Of a stretch of DNA of 64,000 nucleotides, positions 31,101-44,851 are shown one piece after another (position 1 is the first letter of the stretch; each line of letters starts with the position of its first letter). The notes under the pieces are model-generated. The model had not been told where the DNA came from. It did not search any database and worked only from the letters and a program-made list of their open reading frames with translations. The position numbers and the translations under genes were made by a program. The stretch comes from an uncultured Acidobacteriota bacterium (GTDB lineage: Bacteria > Acidobacteriota > Thermoanaerobaculia > UBA5066 > Gp7-AA6), in assembly GCA_963733815.1 (NCBI GenBank), contig CAVTEG010000015.1, positions 171,910-235,909 on the forward strand, read 5' to 3'.

Positions 31101-31226
31101 GGTCTCGATGGTGCGGGCGATCTTGAACTGCCGCATCTCCGCTTCGGCTGACGAGACGTCGAAGCCGAGTGCGATCGTGGTTCCGATGCCGGTGGCCTTC
31201 AGGAACCCGCGACGCGTGACCTCCAT
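28120..31226 (-). pseudogene. fdnG: Formate dehydrogenase-N catalytic (alpha) subunit, selenocysteine-containing, fragmented by numerous frameshifts
   Basis: The Tat leader is MEVTRRGFLKATG. The CPYCAVSCG Fe-S motif, SILAMGGNPAENHPCGFKW and GTIMYALGWTQHSIG are present, and the C-terminus is [14 protein letters not shown]. The pieces are spread over at least 8 frames and fragments. An in-frame TGA at 30648-30650 gives ARV-U-HGPTVASLAATFGRG. Confidence 0.8.
30605..30647 (-). ncRNA. Candidate SECIS stem-loop immediately 3' of the fdnG UGA
   Basis: The mRNA reads UGA CAC GGC CCG ACG GUG GCC AGU UUG GCC GCC ACG. The hairpins GGCCA-GUU-UGGCC and GUGGC...GCCAC start 11-14 nt after UGA. Confidence 0.35.
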
Positions 31227-31496
31227 CGGTCCTCCTCTCTGGGGGTGTTATCCCGGTGCAAAGAGCGCGCCGACTCAGAATTCAATTCCTCCGCGTCGCC
31301 AATGTCAAGGGGGGCGAAGCGGCGAGTGGCTGCGGTCGCGGGTGGTCATCCGAAGACGCGCCCGGCGCAGCGAGGAGTTACCTCGGGATCCGATATATCC
31401 GGCTCGCCGCGAGGGGGCCTCGGAGCCGCCAGGAGAACGAGGAATCCCGTCGTGACCGGCAGGCCAGCGAGATCGGCCGGCGTGGCAGCGGGCGTC

Positions 31497-32927
31497 TCAC
31501 TCCGGGGAGGCTTCGGCCTCTGTGTCGCGAGGCGGCGTCTTGACCACGGTTACGGTGCACTCCGCCTGGGCAACCACCTGCGAGGATACGCTCCCCAGAT
31601 AACGCCGCAGCGTCGAGCTGCCGCGCGATCCGATGATGATCTGCTCGACGCGGTTGGCGCGGGCGAACTCCAGGATCGCCGCTCCCGGATCGGGCGCTTC
31701 CAGTACGTGGTGAGTGACCTTGCCGGGCACGGTTCCGAGAGGCCGGGCCCAGCGCTTCAGCTTCGCCAGCGCGCGAAGACGGAGGTTTCTGTCCTCGGCG
31801 CCGGCGCCGGTTTCGAGTGCGATCCGCGCCTTCTTCAGGACCGTCAGGCAGGCGAGGCGGGCGCCGGGCTCGGTCTCCCGGACGCGCCGGGCGGTGCGCC
31901 GCAACGCCTCCGACAGCGTCTCAGACCCCTGGGCGAGATCCACGGCCACGACGACGATCGGCGCTTTCGAGCTGGCCTCCACCGGGCGAGGATCCGGCTC
32001 GCCCATCAGCCGGAATCGGCGCTTTGCCACGGCCATGACCCCATCGCGCTCCGTCCGGCGAGCCCTCGCGGAGAGGTGAACCTGATGCGGGTGCTGGAGC
32101 GCGAACGACAGCTGCGCGGCTGTGTCGAACCGATTCTCAGGGGCGACCTCGAGGCAGCGGAGAATCACCTCCTGGAGCCACGGCAGGCAGTCGGGACGGA
32201 TCGCCCGCGGGGGGAGAGGATCCCGGTAGAGGCGGCGCCTGAGACCGTGCACGGACGTCGGATTCCCGAAGGGCCGTTGCCCCGTCGCGAGGAAGTAGAG
32301 CAGCACGCCGAGACCGAACTGGTCGCTTCGCGGGTCGCTGCGAATGCCTCGAATCTGCTCGGGAGAGATGTAAGGACCGGTCCCCATCGGCAGACGGAAC
32401 TGCTCGGCGAGCAGATCGGGGATCTCGTCATGTCGAGACAGCCCGAAGTCGATCAACACGGCCTCTCCCGTGCCGCGAAACATGACATTGCTCGGCTTGA
32501 CGTCGAGGTGGATCACGCGCTGGCGGTGGAGGTCGTGGAGCGCCGAGCCCACCCTCGCTCCGATCGATGCGACCTCGGCGAAGGGGAGTGGAACCTCGTC
32601 GAGACGCGCTCGGAGAGATTCGCCGGCGATCAACTCCATCACGACGTACGGCTGGGGCGGCCCGTCGCCCGAGGCCACGAAGCGTGGGGCATGAGGACCC
32701 GAGACCCTCGGCAGGATCGCCCGCTCGACCTCGAAGCCGACGAGGGCTACGGGATCGGCGCTGTCGCGCCAGGAGGGAATCTTCATCGCCATCGGGGACG
32801 GGCGATCGGGATGGGAGACCCTCCAGATCTCCGCCATGCTGCCCTGGTGGATCTTCTCCTCGAGGCGGAAGCCGTCGACGAGGGTCCCGGGCTCGATCCA
32901 TTCGGTCATGGTGCGGGGAAGCGCCAT
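31497..32927 (-). CDS. Ser/Thr protein kinase fused to a C-terminal universal stress protein domain
   Basis: The start is MALPRTM at 32927. The kinase subdomains are present (AMKIP, HRQRVIHLDVKPSNVM, DFGLS, SPEQ). A Usp fold is at the C-terminus. The 814-aa track ORF has a spurious N-terminus. Confidence 0.75.
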   Translation of the reverse strand: MALPRTMTEWIEPGTLVDGFRLEEKIHQGSMAEIWRVSHPDRPSPMAMKIPSWRDSADPVALVGFEVERAILPRVSGPHAPRFVASGDGPPQPYVVMELIAGESLRARLDEVPLPFAEVASIGARVGSALHDLHRQRVIHLDVKPSNVMFRGTGEAVLIDFGLSRHDEIPDLLAEQFRLPMGTGPYISPEQIRGIRSDPRSDQFGLGVLLYFLATGQRPFGNPTSVHGLRRRLYRDPLPPRAIRPDCLPWLQEVILRCLEVAPENRFDTAAQLSFALQHPHQVHLSARARRTERDGVMAVAKRRFRLMGEPDPRPVEASSKAPIVVVAVDLAQGSETLSEALRRTARRVRETEPGARLACLTVLKKARIALETGAGAEDRNLRLRALAKLKRWARPLGTVPGKVTHHVLEAPDPGAAILEFARANRVEQIIIGSRGSSTLRRYLGSVSSQVVAQAECTVTVVKTPPRDTEAEASPE

Positions 32928-33078
32928 ATCCGCGATCCAGCGTACGGCTCTCGGTCCGCCGTCCTCTGAGCCATTTGCATCAGACGTCTCGGGCCCGCTG
33001 CGGTACGATCCCGAAACCCTCGAAACCGCGCCGCGCCTTCGCGGCGTCCGGGCTCGAGCGAGCGGGAAGGAGGATGGG

Positions 33079-35062
<1,984 letters not shown>

Positions 35063-35066
<4 letters not shown>

Positions 35067-36324
35067 AAGTTGTAGAGACCCGAGAGCGCGAGCTGGTGGC
35101 CGGTAGGTCTTGGTCTCCAGGCCGACCGGTTGACAGCTTGTCGTGCATGTACTCGAAGCCGAACGCGAGCGGCCGCACTTCCAGCGCAGCATCCCGGCGT
35201 ACATCATGTTCTTCATCCGACCGGCCGGACCGACGGCCTGCAGGACGTCGAGGTTCTTGGGATCGTCGATGCCCCAGAATCCGAAGATGCCCCAGTTCTG
35301 AGGTGATGTCGAAGCCGACCTGCGCCCAGCCGCCCTTGCCCCTGGATCTTGCCGAACTGGGTGATCATGCCGAACTGTTGCCGATCGAGTGGCCCGTGTA
35401 GCCGTTGCCCTGGATGAGCACCGGGCCGATCTGGAACTTGGCGCCGATCTCGACGGCCGATCCCGTGAGCTTGTCGTCGGTGACGCCGGGGCCGCAGGGG
35501 TTGGGCGGCCGCCGCAGCCGGAGCGCCGGACCCCGAGAGGTCCTTCTCGTCGATGTGGCCGACGATGTAGGTGCTCCAGGTCCCCTGTCGCCCAGCTTCC
35601 GCCCAGGTTGAAGCGCAGCTCGAACTGCGGCCAGGACGCGTTGCCGGCCGTCTGCCAGTTGACGCAGTTGTTCGTCGTGTCGCAGTTCGGGCCGTTCCAC
35701 GAGCCGGACATCACCGCGGCCTGAATGTCCGCGTTGACGACCGAGTCCTTGGGCGTCAGCTTCTGGACCAGAGAAGATGCCCGGGAAGCGCCAGCCGATG
35801 TCGCCCGCCGAGCCGTAGCCCAGGGGAAAGGCGATGTGCGAGAGCGAGACGGCCGTGTTGCCGAAGAGAGGCGACCATTGCTGGCCCAGCTGGATCGTCG
35901 TGCTGCCGTTGCTCAACTGGACGTAGCCGAGGCGCAGAGCGCGGGGTCGGGCTGCTCGGCGACGAAGGCGCTGTTGGTCGTGCTGCCGTATCCGCCGAAG
36001 AAGTCCATCTCCACGATGGCGCCGGCCTTCCAGTCTGCCGAAGAGCCTCGGACCGTCGAAGACGAGCGTCAGCCGCGTGTTCCGGACGTCGCCGCCGCCG
36101 AACCAGCAGTCGACCACGCAGTTCGGGCCCGGTCGGCACACTCGGCGTTCTGCCCGTTGCCGAAAATGAAGTTCTGGTCCTGGGCGAACAGCGGTGGCGC
36201 TGATGAATCCCTTCAAGCGTGAGGGTGCCGGCGCCGCCGAGTGGACCGTGGCCTGCGCCGACAGGGCGCCGCCACGATCAACAGAAGGGCCGCGACGACC
36301 GAAGAGCGAACCGCGAAACCTCAT
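35063..36324 (-). pseudogene. Outer-membrane porin-like protein, frameshifted (including within the signal peptide)
   Basis: The C-terminus is ...ALSGLYNF. Beta-barrel-like fragments occur in several frames, and two indels lie within the first 30 codons. Confidence 0.4.
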
Positions 36325-36555
36325 GCCAGCTCCTTTCGCTTCTCCGTTAGACGCCGTCGCGCCGCAGACGATCGGGCGCGAGGACCGGTAACGCCCGGGG
36401 CCGGGTCAGGGGGGTCGGCGGCCTCTTCTTCGCCGGGAAGCTCGAGCTCGGCGGCGCGCCTCTCCGCGCGTCCCGGGGAGCCACTGGTCCTGCGCTTCCG
36501 CATCGCCGTTCGGCCGTCTTCACGACCGGTATAATCCCTCTTCTTGCCACGAGAT

Positions 36556-37400
36556 TCATTTCACGGATCCGAACGTAAATCCGGCGATGAACCGGTCCAG
36601 GAACAGGTTGTAGACCACACCGATGGGGAGGCTCGCGATCAGGCAGGCCGCCATCAGCGACCCCCAGTAGTAGACGTCGCCCCGGACGAGGTAAGATCGG
36701 CACACCCGACGCCCACGGTCTGGTGCGAGGCCGAGGAGATGAACGTCAGGGCGTAGACGAACTCCTGGGTCACCAGCGTGAAGGAGAAGATCACGACGGT
36801 CAGGATCCCGGAAATCGAGATCGGCACGATCAGCTTGCTGGAACGTCTGGAACCGCGTCAGGCCGTCGACCATGGCCGCGTCCTCGAGCTCCGCGGGATC
36901 GACTTGAAGAACCCCATCAGGAGCCAGGTCGAGAACGGAATGGTGAAGCTCGGGATACACCACGACCACCGACCAGATGCGTGTCCTGCAATCCGAGGCC
37001 GCCACGACCCGCGACAGGGGGATGAACAGCAGGGTCGGCGGCACCAGGTAGGTCAGAAAGATGGCGATTCCCATGCGCTCCCCCAGCGTCCGGTCAGGCG
37101 GGCCAGGGCGTAGGCCGCCGGCAGGGCGAGCAGCAGCGTGATCGCCACGACACAGGCCCCGGCGAGGGCGGTGTTCCAGAGCCAGCGAGGAAACAGGGTT
37201 TCCTGGAACAGCAGCCGCAGGTGCTCCAGCGTGGGGGGCTGGTGGAAGAGAAACGGGTTGTTCTTCAGGTCGTAGAGGTCGCTCGTTCTCTTGAAGGTGG
37301 TGATCAGCATCCAGTAGAACGGGAAGGAGAGGCCGACCGAGAAAGCGGCAAGGATTCCCCACCGAACCGCCGTCCCAGCGCCCGGCGCGCCCGGCGTCCG
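36556..37400 (-). pseudogene. ABC transporter permease (MalG-like, second permease), frameshifted
   Basis: The C-terminus VVYNLFLDRFIAGFTFGSVK is intact. The N-terminus LSFPFYWMLITTFK is in another frame. Confidence 0.6.
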
Positions 37401-38254
37401 GCCATCAGCCCACCTCCGCGCGGTGCGCGGTGCGCAGCATCCGCCAGGCCACCAGCGACGAGCAGCGGCAGCAGGAAGATCGAGATCGCGGCACCCTCGG
37501 CGAGGTCGCTGCCGAGAATGCCCGTGAAGAAGGCAAGCGACGGCAGGACCTGCGTCGTGTCGTAGGGCCCGCCGCGCGTGAGGATGTAGATCACCGTCAT
37601 GTCCGTGAACGTGAAGACGATCCCGAAAAGCAGCGCGACGTTGATGATCGGCAGCAGCATCGGCATCGTGATCTGGAAGAGGGTCCGGAAGTAGCCGGCG
37701 CCGTCGACCGCGCGGCCTCGGGAATGTCCTCGGGATCGCCGTCCAGCCGGCCAGAAGGATCACGGTGGCGAACGGCAGCACGTGCCAGGTGTGCACCAGG
37801 ATGACCGAGATCATCGCCAGCGTCGGATCTCCCAGCCACATCGGCGGAGAGAACTCGTTGACCAGATGCAGCCGGATCAGCACCCAGTTGATGACGCTGT
37901 AGAGCGAATCGAGGATCCACTTCCAGCCGATCGAGCCGATCGACACCGGAGCGACCCACGGCAGGAGGATGAGGAAGCGGATCAGACGCCGGCCCTCGGA
38001 ACGCGTCCTTCAGCACGAGCGCCAGGACGTTTCCTCCGACCAGCACGAGGACCTGGGAGCAGACCGTGAAGACGATCGAGTTGCGCAGCGCCCGCCGAAA
38101 CGACGGGCTCTCGGAGCACCGACGCGAAGTTGTGCAGCCCGACGAAGTGGTAGCCGGTGGATCCGACCTTCACGTCGCCCACCGCGTAGACGAAGGCCAG
38201 GAGGAAGGGCACGCCGACCAGGGCGAGGACGTAGAGGATGGCCGGGGCGAGCAT
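37380..38254 (-). pseudogene. ABC transporter permease (MalF-like, first permease), frameshifted
   Basis: The N-terminus is MLAPAILYVLALVGVPFLLAFVYAV, the middle is VILVHTWHVLPFATVILLAG and the C-terminus is TRGGPYDTTQVLPSLAFFTG, spread over three frames. Confidence 0.55.
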
Positions 38255-38331
38255 CGCCGGGCCCGAGCCAGCGCTCGCGCGGCCGCCGGCTCTTCACTCG
38301 AGCGCCGCGGCGTCGCGCCGGCGCTCCCGTC

Positions 38332-39345
38332 TCACTGTCGAAGAATTTCAGCTTGGGCGCGCTCGACCTGGAAAGGCCGCGACGGAGCCGGACGCCGCCG
38401 CCGGGGTGAAAAGTGGCGGGCAATCGCGAAACCGCTTTCTCGCCGTCGAAACGGCCGCCTTCCAGGCGGCCGTAGAGGATGCGTTCGGACCCGAGGTATT
38501 CCTCGTGGTCGAGATGAAACGAGAGAGAGCAGCGTCGATGGGGAAGCGGATGCGGCGCCCTCCGAGGGAAAGAAGTGCTCGGGCCGGAACCCGATGATCG
38601 CCGTCTCGCCCTGGACGAGGTTCATCGGAGGCGAGCCGAGAAAAGTCGCGACGAACGTGTCTGCGGGATCGTCGTAGACGTCGGCGGGAGTCCCGATCTG
38701 CCGCACCCGCCCCTGGTGCATCACGACGACCCGGTCGCCCATCGCCATGGCCTCGATCTGATCGTGGGTGACGTAGATCATCGTCGTCCCGATCCGGCGC
38801 TGGAACTGCTCGAGCTCCTCCCTGGCCGAGGCGCGGAGCTTGGCGTCGAGGTTCGAGAGGGGCTCGTCGAGAAGAAAGACCGTCGGCTCGCGGACGATCG
38901 CCCGTGCGAGGGCGACCCGCTGCCGCTCCCCGCCGGACAACTCGCGCGGCCGGCGGCCGAGAAGATGGCCGATCCCGAGAAGATCCGCCGCCCATTGCGC
39001 CTTCTTTTGCCGCTCGGGTCGGGCGACCTTCTGGGCCTTCAGCGGAAAGACGATGTTTCCGAGCACCGTCAGGTGGGGATAGAGGGCGTAGCTCTGGAAC
39101 ACCATCGCGATCCGGCGTTCGCGCGGGGTCATGTCGTTGACGACGACGCCCCCGATCAGGACGTCGCCCGAGGTCGGTTCCTCGAGCCCGGCGATCATGC
39201 GCAGGAGCGTGGTTTTCCCGGAGCCCGACGGGCCCAGGAGAACCAGGAACTCGCCCTCGCGGCTTTCCAGGTCGACGCCGACGACCGCCCCGACGGAACC
39301 CTGGCGAAAAGTTTTGGTCAGTGCCCTGGTCTGGACGATCGCCAT
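38332..39345 (-). CDS. ABC transporter ATP-binding protein (MalK/UgpC-like); C-terminal tail likely frameshifted
   Basis: Walker A GPSGSGKTT, LSGGERQRVALARA and Walker B FLLDEPLSNLD are present. The last about 100 aa lack the TOBE-domain pattern. Confidence 0.75.
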   Translation of the reverse strand: MAIVQTRALTKTFRQGSVGAVVGVDLESREGEFLVLLGPSGSGKTTLLRMIAGLEEPTSGDVLIGGVVVNDMTPRERRIAMVFQSYALYPHLTVLGNIVFPLKAQKVARPERQKKAQWAADLLGIGHLLGRRPRELSGGERQRVALARAIVREPTVFLLDEPLSNLDAKLRASAREELEQFQRRIGTTMIYVTHDQIEAMAMGDRVVVMHQGRVRQIGTPADVYDDPADTFVATFLGSPPMNLVQGETAIIGFRPEHFFPSEGAASASPSTLLSLVSSRPRGIPRVRTHPLRPPGRRPFRRRESGFAIARHFSPRRRRPAPSRPFQVERAQAEILRQ

Positions 39346-40666
39346 CTAGGGCGTCACTTCCACTTGTCGAAGATGCGCTTGGTCTCCTTCTCCGCGGCGC
39401 GGGCCGCATCTTCCGGGCGAAAGGACGTCCTGGGCGGCTTTGGCAAACATCGTCGGAATCACGAACGTGTTGAAGACTTCGTCGATCGCCGCGGTCGCGT
39501 AGCCGGGGTAACCGACGTTGGTGGCCCAGTCCAGGACGTTGGCCAGGACCTTGTACTTGTCGGGAGGGTTGGCCTTGGGGTCGTTCGCGAGCTGCTGGGC
39601 CAGGTCCGGCACCGTCGCGGGGAAGCACGGGAAGTTGTAGAACTCGCTGGCCTTGAACGCCGTCCCGAAGTTGTCCATGTAGTCGAGCAGGAACTGCTTG
39701 GCGCCGTCCTTGTTCTCCGCGAAGTCCCAGATCACGTAGCAGTCCATGACGTGCTCGGCCGCGATGCGCCGCACGGGACCCTTCAGCGCCGGCGTGAGCC
39801 AGATCTTGGCGGACATTTCGGGGTTGTCCTTCTCCGCCGTGCGCGTGACCGAGATGGCGTTGTCCACGAAGGAGAGCTTGCCGGCGATGATGCCGCGGTT
39901 GTTGGAGGAGGGATCCCAGTGAAGACCTCGGGAGTCATCGTCTCCTTGAAGAGCGAGCGCACGTACTTGAGGGCGTCGATAGTCTGCTTGGAGTAGATCG
40001 CGACCTTGCCGTCCTCGTTCTGCTCGGCGCCGCCGAACGACCAGAGGAGCCCTCGCAGCGCCATGTTCGAGTCGAGCTCCTGCGAGAGGCCCACGCCGAC
40101 CGGGTTGCCGAACTGGTCCTTGATCTTCTTCCCGCCGACCCGCAGGTCGTCCCAGGTATCCGGGCCGTTGGGAAAGCCGACTTTCTCCCAGAGGTCCTTG
40201 CGGTAGTTGCCGGGGTCCGGCACGTAGGAGTCGGAGAAGGCGAAGTACTTCTTGGTCTTCGGGTTGAGGGTCGAACGCTCGGCCAGCGCGATCTTCTTGC
40301 CGTGCTTCTTCTCGACGGCCTCGTAGATCTCGCGGTGGTCGATGACCTGCTTCTCGTAGGCTGCCGGCGGCGGAGGAACATGAACAGGTCGTGGCCCTTC
40401 TTCGCCGCGACTTCCGCGGCCGCCCGCGCGTTGACCTCGCCGATCGCGATGTGGTCGACAGTCACGTTCGTGTCGTACTTTGCCGCCCACTCCTTTGTGA
40501 AGACACCGTCGAACCACTTGTCGTATCCCGGAACGAAGTGGCTCCACTGGATGATCTTCAGGGTCTTCTGCTGCGCGGCCGCCCGCGCCGGGAAGAGGAA
40601 GTTGGCGCCGAGCCCGGCCGCGGCCGCTCCGGCTCCGGTGAGTTTCGCGAACTGGCGGCGGGTCAT
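39346..40666 (-). pseudogene. ABC transporter substrate-binding protein, paralog of 20552-21991, split into three frames
   Basis: Fragments MTRRQFAKLTGAGAAAAGLG...KTLKIIQWSHFVPGYDKWFDGVFTKEW and ...DTWDDLRVGGKKIKDQFGNPVGVGLSQELDSNMALR... and ...GPVRRIAAEHVMDCYVIW... match the intact copy. Confidence 0.7.
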
Positions 40667-40701
40667 GCCCGTCTTCGCGCTGTCTGTGTCATGACCCTAC
40701 C

Positions 40702-42369
40702 TCAAATGCGCGATTGCGCGAATCCGGCGACCGTGAAGGTCGCTGTCAGAAGTGACGAATGCCCACGTCCTTGGTCTCGCTTGATGAAGAGGCTTCCGAT
40801 CACGAAGCTCATCAGCGCGACGATGATCGGGTACCAGAGACCGGCATAGATGTTGCCCTTCGAGGCCACCATGGCCGTCGCGAGCAACGGCAGCATGCCG
40901 CCGAACCAGCCGTTGCCGATGTGGTACGGCAGCGACATCGACGTGTAGCGGATCCGCGTCGGGAAGAGCTCGACGAGAAACGCCGCGATGGGCCCGTACA
41001 CCATGGTCACGTAGATCACGAGAATGACCAGGATCAGGATCGTCATCGTCCAGTTGAGTCTGAGTCTTGTCGAATTTCAGGGTAGTTGGTGGTCTTGAGC
41101 GCTTCCTTGTACTTGTCTTCGTCGAAGCCCTGCAGCTCGATGCTGCCGATCTTCGTGACGACCGGTCTGGCCCTCGACCGGCGGCAGCTCCGTGAAGGAG
41201 AGGCCCGCCTTGTTCAGGAAGTCGCGGGCCTTGTCGCAGTCGGAGTAGACGGTCTTCGTCGCCGGGAAAATGTGGACCTGGCAGTCCGTGGCCGCGACGC
41301 TGATCGGCGTGTTGGCCGAGTAAGGCCTCGATCGCCGGGTTGACGTTGTGCGTCAGGGCCTTGAAGAGCGGAATGTACGTCAGCGCCGCGATCAGGCAGC
41401 CCGCCATGATGATCCACTTGCGGCCGATGCGGTCGGAGAGGCTGCCGAAGAAGATGAAGAACGGCGTGCCGATGACGAGCGAGACGCCGATCAGCATGTA
41501 GGCCTTCAGGTAGTCGAGCTTGAGGTCGAGCGTGAGGAAAAAGAGCGCGTAGAACTGGCCCGTGTACCACACGACGCCCTGGCCCGCCGTCGCGCCGAAG
41601 AGCGCGAGCAGCACGAGCTTGGCGTTCCCCCAGTTGGCGAAACTGTCCGTCAGCGGCGCCTTGGAGCCCTTGCCCTGCGCCTTCATCTCCGTGAAGACCG
41701 GCGACTCCTGCAGCTTGAGCCGGATGTAGACGGAGATGGCGAGCAGGACAGCGAGACCAGGAACGGGAATGCGCCAGCCCCAGCTCTTGAACTCTCGGCG
41801 GCATCATGCCGCGGCAGAGTCCGATCACGACCAGGGCGAGGAAGAGGCCGAGCGTCGCCGTCGTCTGGATCCAGGCGGTGCGCGGCCCGCGCTTGCCCGT
41901 GCGGGGCGTGCTCGGCCACGTAGGTCGCCGCGCCGCCATATTCGCCTCCGAGCGCGAGGCCCTGGAGCAGGCGCAGGACAGCAGCAGGATGCCGGCGCCG
42001 ACGAATGCCGATCGAGGCATAGGTCGGCAGCAGGCCGACGGCCGCGGTCGAAGCGCCCATCACGACGATGGTGATCGAGAAAGGTGTATTTCCGCCCGAC
42101 GAGATCGCCGATCCGGCCGAACACGAGCGCGCCGAACGGCCGGACGAGGAACCCGGCGGCATAGGCGACGAAGGAGGCCGAGCAAAGCCGCGGTCGCGTT
42201 GCCCGGCGGGAAGAACAGGGCCGCGAAGAAGGGCGCCAGGGTGCCGTAGATGTAGAAGTCGTACCACTCGAAGACCGTGCCCAGCGACGAGGCGAAGATG
42301 ACCCGTTTTTCCGCGCCCGTGAAGGTCCCGGCCGGTGGTCTGGTTGTTTTCCGCGACAGCCGTCGACAT
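40702..42369 (-). pseudogene. MFS transporter (metabolite:H+ symporter family), frameshifted
   Basis: LFPTRIRYTSMSLPYHIGNGWFGG, GSLSDRIGRKWIIMAG and N-terminal fragments lie in three frames. Confidence 0.6.
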
Positions 42370-42689
42370 CGCTTCCCTCCTTCAGTTCACGACAAAACGA
42401 ATCCGGACAAATTCGCGAATAGGTGCGGGGGGCGGGATGGTCAGGGGGTACGGGTCCGGACAAAGGGCGGGCAGCGGGCGTCGACCCTCGGCCCGTCCGC
42501 TGACCCTCGGCAAAACCTCGGTAGGCGTAGGCAACGTGGTCCTTCGACCTCGAAGGTGGTTGCAGTCTTTTTCCAGATCTCGGCGATGTCAAGGGGATTC
42601 ACAGCGGCGGCGGTTCGCAGGACCGCGTCCCGGCCGCCGACGACCGGGACTAAGATTGCGCTCCGCCCCTTGGTCGAAAGGAGGCAGCC

Positions 42690-44800
42690 ATGGCCGACGC
42701 GCACAGACCGGTGGAGGTCGCGGAAACGACCGAAGCGCAGATCGCGGTCCATTGGAAGGAAGAGGAGTACTACTCTCCGCCCGCCAGTTTCGTCGCGCAG
42801 GCGAACCTGAAGGACCCCGCGGTCAACGATGGTTTCGCCGAAAAGAACTTTCCGAAGTGTTTCGAGGAATTCGCGGAACTGCTCGCCTGGGACAAGAAGT
42901 GGGACACGGTCCTCGACACGAGCGAGGCGCCGTTCTGGAAATGGTTCGTGGGCGGCAAGCTGAACGTATCCCGCAACTGCATCGACCGGCACCTGGCGAA
43001 GTACACGAACAAGGCCGCGCTGATCTCGGTGCCGAGCTCGAGGAAGAGGGCCACGGTCACGGTGACGTACCAGGAGCTCTACGTTCGCGTCAACGAGTTC
43101 GCCGCGCTCCTGCGCGACTTCGCGGGCCTGAAGGCGGAGACCGCGTCACGATCCACATGCCGATGCTGCCGGAGCTTGCCGATCACCATGCTCGCATGCG
43201 CGCGGCTCGGCGTGATCCACTCGGTCGTGTTCGGCGGCTTCAGCGGCGAAGCCTGCGGTCTGCGCGCGGCCGACTCGGGCAGCCGCGTGCTCATTTACAT
43301 GGACGCCTACTATCGGAGCGGCAAGCTCATCGACCACAAGCCCGGAGCCGTCGAGACGGCCGTCGCCGCGGCGAAGGCGAACGGGCAGCCGGTCGACAAG
43401 GTCCTGGTGTGGCGCCGCAGGCCGGGCAAGAGCTCCTCCGAGGCGCCCATGGTGGAGGGCCGGGACTTCTTCGTGGACGACCTCCTCCGAACTACCGGGG
43501 CAAGCGAATCGAGCCCGTCTCCATGGATGCGAACGACCCGCTCTTCCTGATGTACACGAGTGGCACGACCGGTAAGCCCAAGGGGTGCCAGCATCGGACC
43601 GGCGGCTACCTCGCCTACGTCACGCGGGACCTCGAAGTGCATCCAGGACATCCACCCGGAGGACGTCTACTGGTGCATGGCGGACATCGGATGGATCACG
43701 GGCCACTCCTACATCGTCTACGGTCCGCTCGCTCTTGCGGCGACGTCGGTCCTGTACGAAGGGGTTCCCAACTACCCCGACGCGGCCGGCCCTGGCGGAT
43801 CGCCGAGCGGCTGGACGTCAACATCTTCCACACGTCGCCGACGGCGATCCGGATGCTGCGCAAGGCCGGCGCCGACGAGCCGGCAGAAGTACCAGTACCA
43901 CTTCAAGCACATGACGACGGTCGGCGAGCCGATCGAGCCCGAGGTCTGGCGGTGGTACTACGACGTCGTCGGCAAGGGCGAAGCGGTCATCGTCGACACG
44001 TGGTGGCAGACCGAGAACGGAGGTTCCTCTGCAGCACGCAAACCGGCGCTGGACCGGATGAAGCCGGGAAGCGCCGGCCCGGGAGTGCCCGGCATCGACC
44101 CGGTCGATCTACGACGAGAAGGGCGAGGAGACGGTCGCGGGACCGGGAAGGCCGGAAACATCTGCATCCGGAATCCCTGGCCCGGCATCTTCCAGACCAT
44201 CTGGGGCGACCAGGATCGCTTCGTGCAGCAGTACTACTCGAAGTACTGCAAGGACCCGAAGAGCAAGGACTGGCGGGACTGGCCCTACTTCGCGGGCGAC
44301 GGGGCCGTGCTCGCCGCCGACGGTTACTTCCGGATCCTGGGCCGCGTCGACGACGTGATCAACGTCGCGGGCCATCGCCTGGGGACCAAGGAGCTGGAGT
44401 CGGCGTGTCTCACTGTCCCGCAGGTCGCGGAGGCGGCCGTGGTGCCCGTCGTCGACGACATGAAGGGACGCGTCCCGAGCATCTATCATCGCGCTGAAAC
44501 CCGGCGTCACGGCGAACAAAAAGGTGACCGACACCGTCGTCTCGAGGCTCGAGACGATGATCGGCGAAGATCGCTCGGCCCAAGACGGTGCACGTCGTTC
44601 CGGACATGCCCAAGACGCGCTCCGGAAAGATCATGCGCCGCGTCCTCGCCGCGATCTCCAACGAGATGGACACGGGAGACATCACGACGCTCGCCAATCC
44701 CGACATCGTCGAGCAGATCCGCCAGGCCGTCCAGGGCAAGGAAAAACGCGTAACCCGCGAGGGTCCCGAAGACGTGAAGAAGTTCGGCGAGCAGGAGTAG
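42690..44800 (+). pseudogene. acs: Acetyl-CoA synthetase, multiple frameshifts
   Basis: FWKWFVGGKLNVSRNCIDRHL, LMYTSGTTGKPKG, WCMADIGWITGHSYIVYGPL, WWQTENGG and the C-terminal TRSGKIMRRVLAAI are spread over at least 5 frames. Confidence 0.75.
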
Positions 44801-44851
44801 GCGGGTAGAAGAAAGCTTCCGATCGGCCCGCCCGCACGTACAATCGAATCG